In this document: in pieces, positions 61,801 through 64,000 of the stretch
Position numbering within the stretch: position 1 is the first letter of the stretch
How the letters are laid out: each line of letters begins with the position of its first letter
NCBI GenBank assembly: GCA_029953675.1
Contig: JAMWBK010000005.1
Span: forward strand, 1,054,001 to 1,118,000
From: Rhodosorus marinus CCMP1338
Taxonomy: Eukaryota > Plantae > Rhodophyta
Direction: 5' to 3'
Length of the DNA: 64,000 nt
The notes under the pieces: generated by a model
What the model was told of the DNA's origin: nothing
Seen by the model: the letters and a program-made list of their open reading frames with translations, nothing else
Databases searched by the model: none
Translations under genes and position numbers: made by a program

Positions 61801-62973
61801 CGCAAAGACCACCAAACTCAGTTCCTAGGCAAGGGGCCCAGAGGCCACAAATCCAACAGCAACCAAGAAATCATATGGAAGAACTTGGAAGAAAAGTGGA
61901 GAGAGCGCTAAAGAACTCTGCTAGAATCCTTCGTATTGTTCAGCAGCAATGTATGAACCCCGAGGAGGTAAATACTGCCCAGCGAAATATTGAGAAAATA
62001 CCTTCCATAATGTTTTGCTCATTCCATCGCCAATTGTTTTTAATCAACTGGAAAATAGAGAAAGAAGCGAAGAATCGACGAGGCTTTAAGCTCGTTCAAG
62101 AACGTGAAGCCAACCTTGGTTATTGCGAAACGACCAGATGCGAATCAACCCAGGGCACCCGGTCAACCGGAGAAGCACGGAGCAACTCCCAACGATGCAA
62201 GCCGTGTGCGGAAAGCTCCTTCTGAAGGGGTATCCGATGTGCCCTCCCAGACAGCGAAAGTCGCAAAAGTTATGTACAGCTAAATTCGTATGTAGATCCT
62301 GCAGTGGACCCGGTAGCCCTCTGTGCGGCGAGCTTCATTTCGGAAGTCGGCATCGCAACCTGGGAGACGCGAGGGAAAACTGGTAGTCCTGATTGATATT
62401 TAAAGAAAACGGAACAAAACCGTGCGACTCGACAAGACCGCAGCACTCGGACCTTCGAGATGGTTCAATGCGAGCATGGGATGGATTTCGCTCCGATCCT
62501 AAGCAATATGAAAGCTCTCTCGTGCCTCTGCGCATTTCGTTGCTTCAGCACGTTCAAGCATCAATTTCGTTCGACGCGGTCTGGGCGCCATCCAGGGGAC
62601 ACTACTCAGTCCCACAGGCGGAGCTCCTCAGTGGAGTCTCTTTCCGTCCTGGATTCCTCGCTGAAATTCGGAAGAGGAGGCAAAGAGACCTAGCGAACGT
62701 TGCGGCATATCCTTTGTCTTGCTTACCCGACAGCACAGCCAGAGAATCATTCAGAGACCCCATCCACTCCCGTGCCTGCGCAAACTGAACGAACGAACTG
62801 CCCACTTCATCTCAGCATGGCCGACTTGCTGAAATTCATGGTCCGCGCAAGGCTAGCGCCAGTACTCTGCGTATTCACGCATCATCTTGCTCTGTGCCAG
62901 CGACATCGACTTTGCGGAAAATCTTGCTGCCGCTGCAGTAGCTCTCTCCATTTCTGATCGGAAAGCTTCTTGA
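58831..62973 (+). CDS. MED15: Mediator subunit 15-like protein (KIX domain + Q-rich region); 3' exons unresolved
   Basis: Spliced N-terminus DWRSEFDEAKRKAI...KVAKFEERVFALAGSKEIYVNTLASKL fits the plant-type KIX domain, followed by long Gln-rich exons. Confidence 0.7.
61481..61501 (+). repeat. (CAG)7 polyglutamine tract
   Basis: Direct reading, within the MED15-like coding exon. Confidence 0.9.
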
Positions 62974-63384
62974 TTTTTTTAGGTTTGGTTTTGAAGAGCC
63001 TTCTCGCCATTCAAGCTTCCTGAATTCTTCATGCTAGGTATCAGAAATCCACTAAACACACAAGATAGCGGTGGTGCGTTCAGTTCAGCGGGATGAACTC
63101 GTCCGCTCGTACGTTGTCGCAGAGCAATTTTTACCGACGAGTTGGCAATTAAAAGAAGAATGATGATCACAATTGGACTCTTTAAACGCCGTTAAATCAG
63201 TTCTACTGAACACACAGCACCCATAGGGACGTCTTGAGACCCTGAAGTATACTGTGCTAGTTCCCCCCCGACCCTTCCTCCTCGAACGGATAAAGTTTGG
63301 AGATTGTCAGCAGTAGCTCGGGGGTCCTGCACAAGCCCGGAAAGCGGAGTTTTGCTTTTCGCAGAGTGGTTTGGTCAGCTCAAT

Positions 63385-63964
63385 ATGAATTCTTTGCTTC
63401 TGAGACGAATACCGAAAAGGTTGTTCCATTCTTGTCGTCCTCGAATGCACGGGGGTTATGATGTCAGCAAGGTCGATCCGGCGACAGCGGTGGAGATGGA
63501 GTTTGTTGATCGGGATGGGTCAAAGAGGACAGTCTTAGCACCTGAAGGGGCCTCAGTGCTTGATGTAGCACATGCGAACGATATCGAACTTGAAGGTGCG
63601 TGTGAAGGTTCGTTGGCTTGCTCGACCTGTCATGTATATGTGGACGAGGATACTTACGGCAAATTGGATGAGCCTACCGACGATGAAAACGATATGCTGG
63701 ATCTGGCTTTTGCGTTGAAGGAAAAGTAAGCACGTAACATATCTGAAGACTCGCATCAAAGCGCACATGATCAACTTGCCATTCTTTGCGCTACTATCTA
63801 CTTCCCCGCTGAACCCCGATAAATCTCACACTCTGTCGCCCTATAGCTCCAGATTAGGATGCCAAGTGGTGGCCGATAGGAAGACAACGGAAAAGATGGA
63901 GATAACTCTCCCACAGGCAACAAGAAACATGGCCGTTGATGGCTATGTCGCGAAACCTCACTAA
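63385..63964 (+). CDS. FDX2: Mitochondrial adrenodoxin-type [2Fe-2S] ferredoxin, 1 intron
   Basis: LEGACEGSLACSTCHV, DENDMLDLAF, SRLGCQ, LPQATRNMAVDG; Arg-rich presequence. Confidence 0.95.
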
Positions 63965-64000
63965 CTGAACACCGATCAAAAACAAGAACCCTACTGTGAA

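Noticed and set aside
1-64000. Transposons, viral inserts, CRISPR arrays, rRNA or telomeric arrays
   Set aside because: No transposase, reverse transcriptase, integrase or capsid motifs, no regular repeat-spacer array, and no rRNA or tandem telomere sequence seen.

Overview
This is eukaryotic nuclear DNA from a compact, gene-dense genome with short GT-AG introns (mostly about 50-250 nt). The organism is most likely a unicellular red alga. This is an inference from a nuclear, intron-containing CpcF-type phycobiliprotein lyase, an IspD with an MAFV-type plastid transit peptide, and a plastid CRT-like transporter. Recognisable genes are a divergent SKP1, ispD, CSN5, a CpcF-like lyase, YJU2, a TetA-like MFS transporter, a PH-domain CAMK kinase, a SHAQKYF-class MYB, a CLT transporter, a PPR protein, clathrin heavy chain, an ABCC/MRP transporter, a MED15-like protein and a mitochondrial 2Fe-2S ferredoxin. 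I found no convincing tRNA, rRNA, transposon or CRISPR array. The two best novelty candidates are: (1) a spliced gene at 16.3-18.5 kb fusing a p53/CudA/NDT80-like Ig-fold DNA-binding domain, a Cys cluster and a BRUTUS-like hemerythrin domain, a possible metal/redox-sensing transcription factor; and (2) a 76-aa single-pass protein at 10.4-10.7 kb that aligns without gaps to the N-terminal/TM segment of animal Na,K-ATPase beta subunits but has no ectodomain. All family assignments come from manual translation and remembered motifs; no database search was run.
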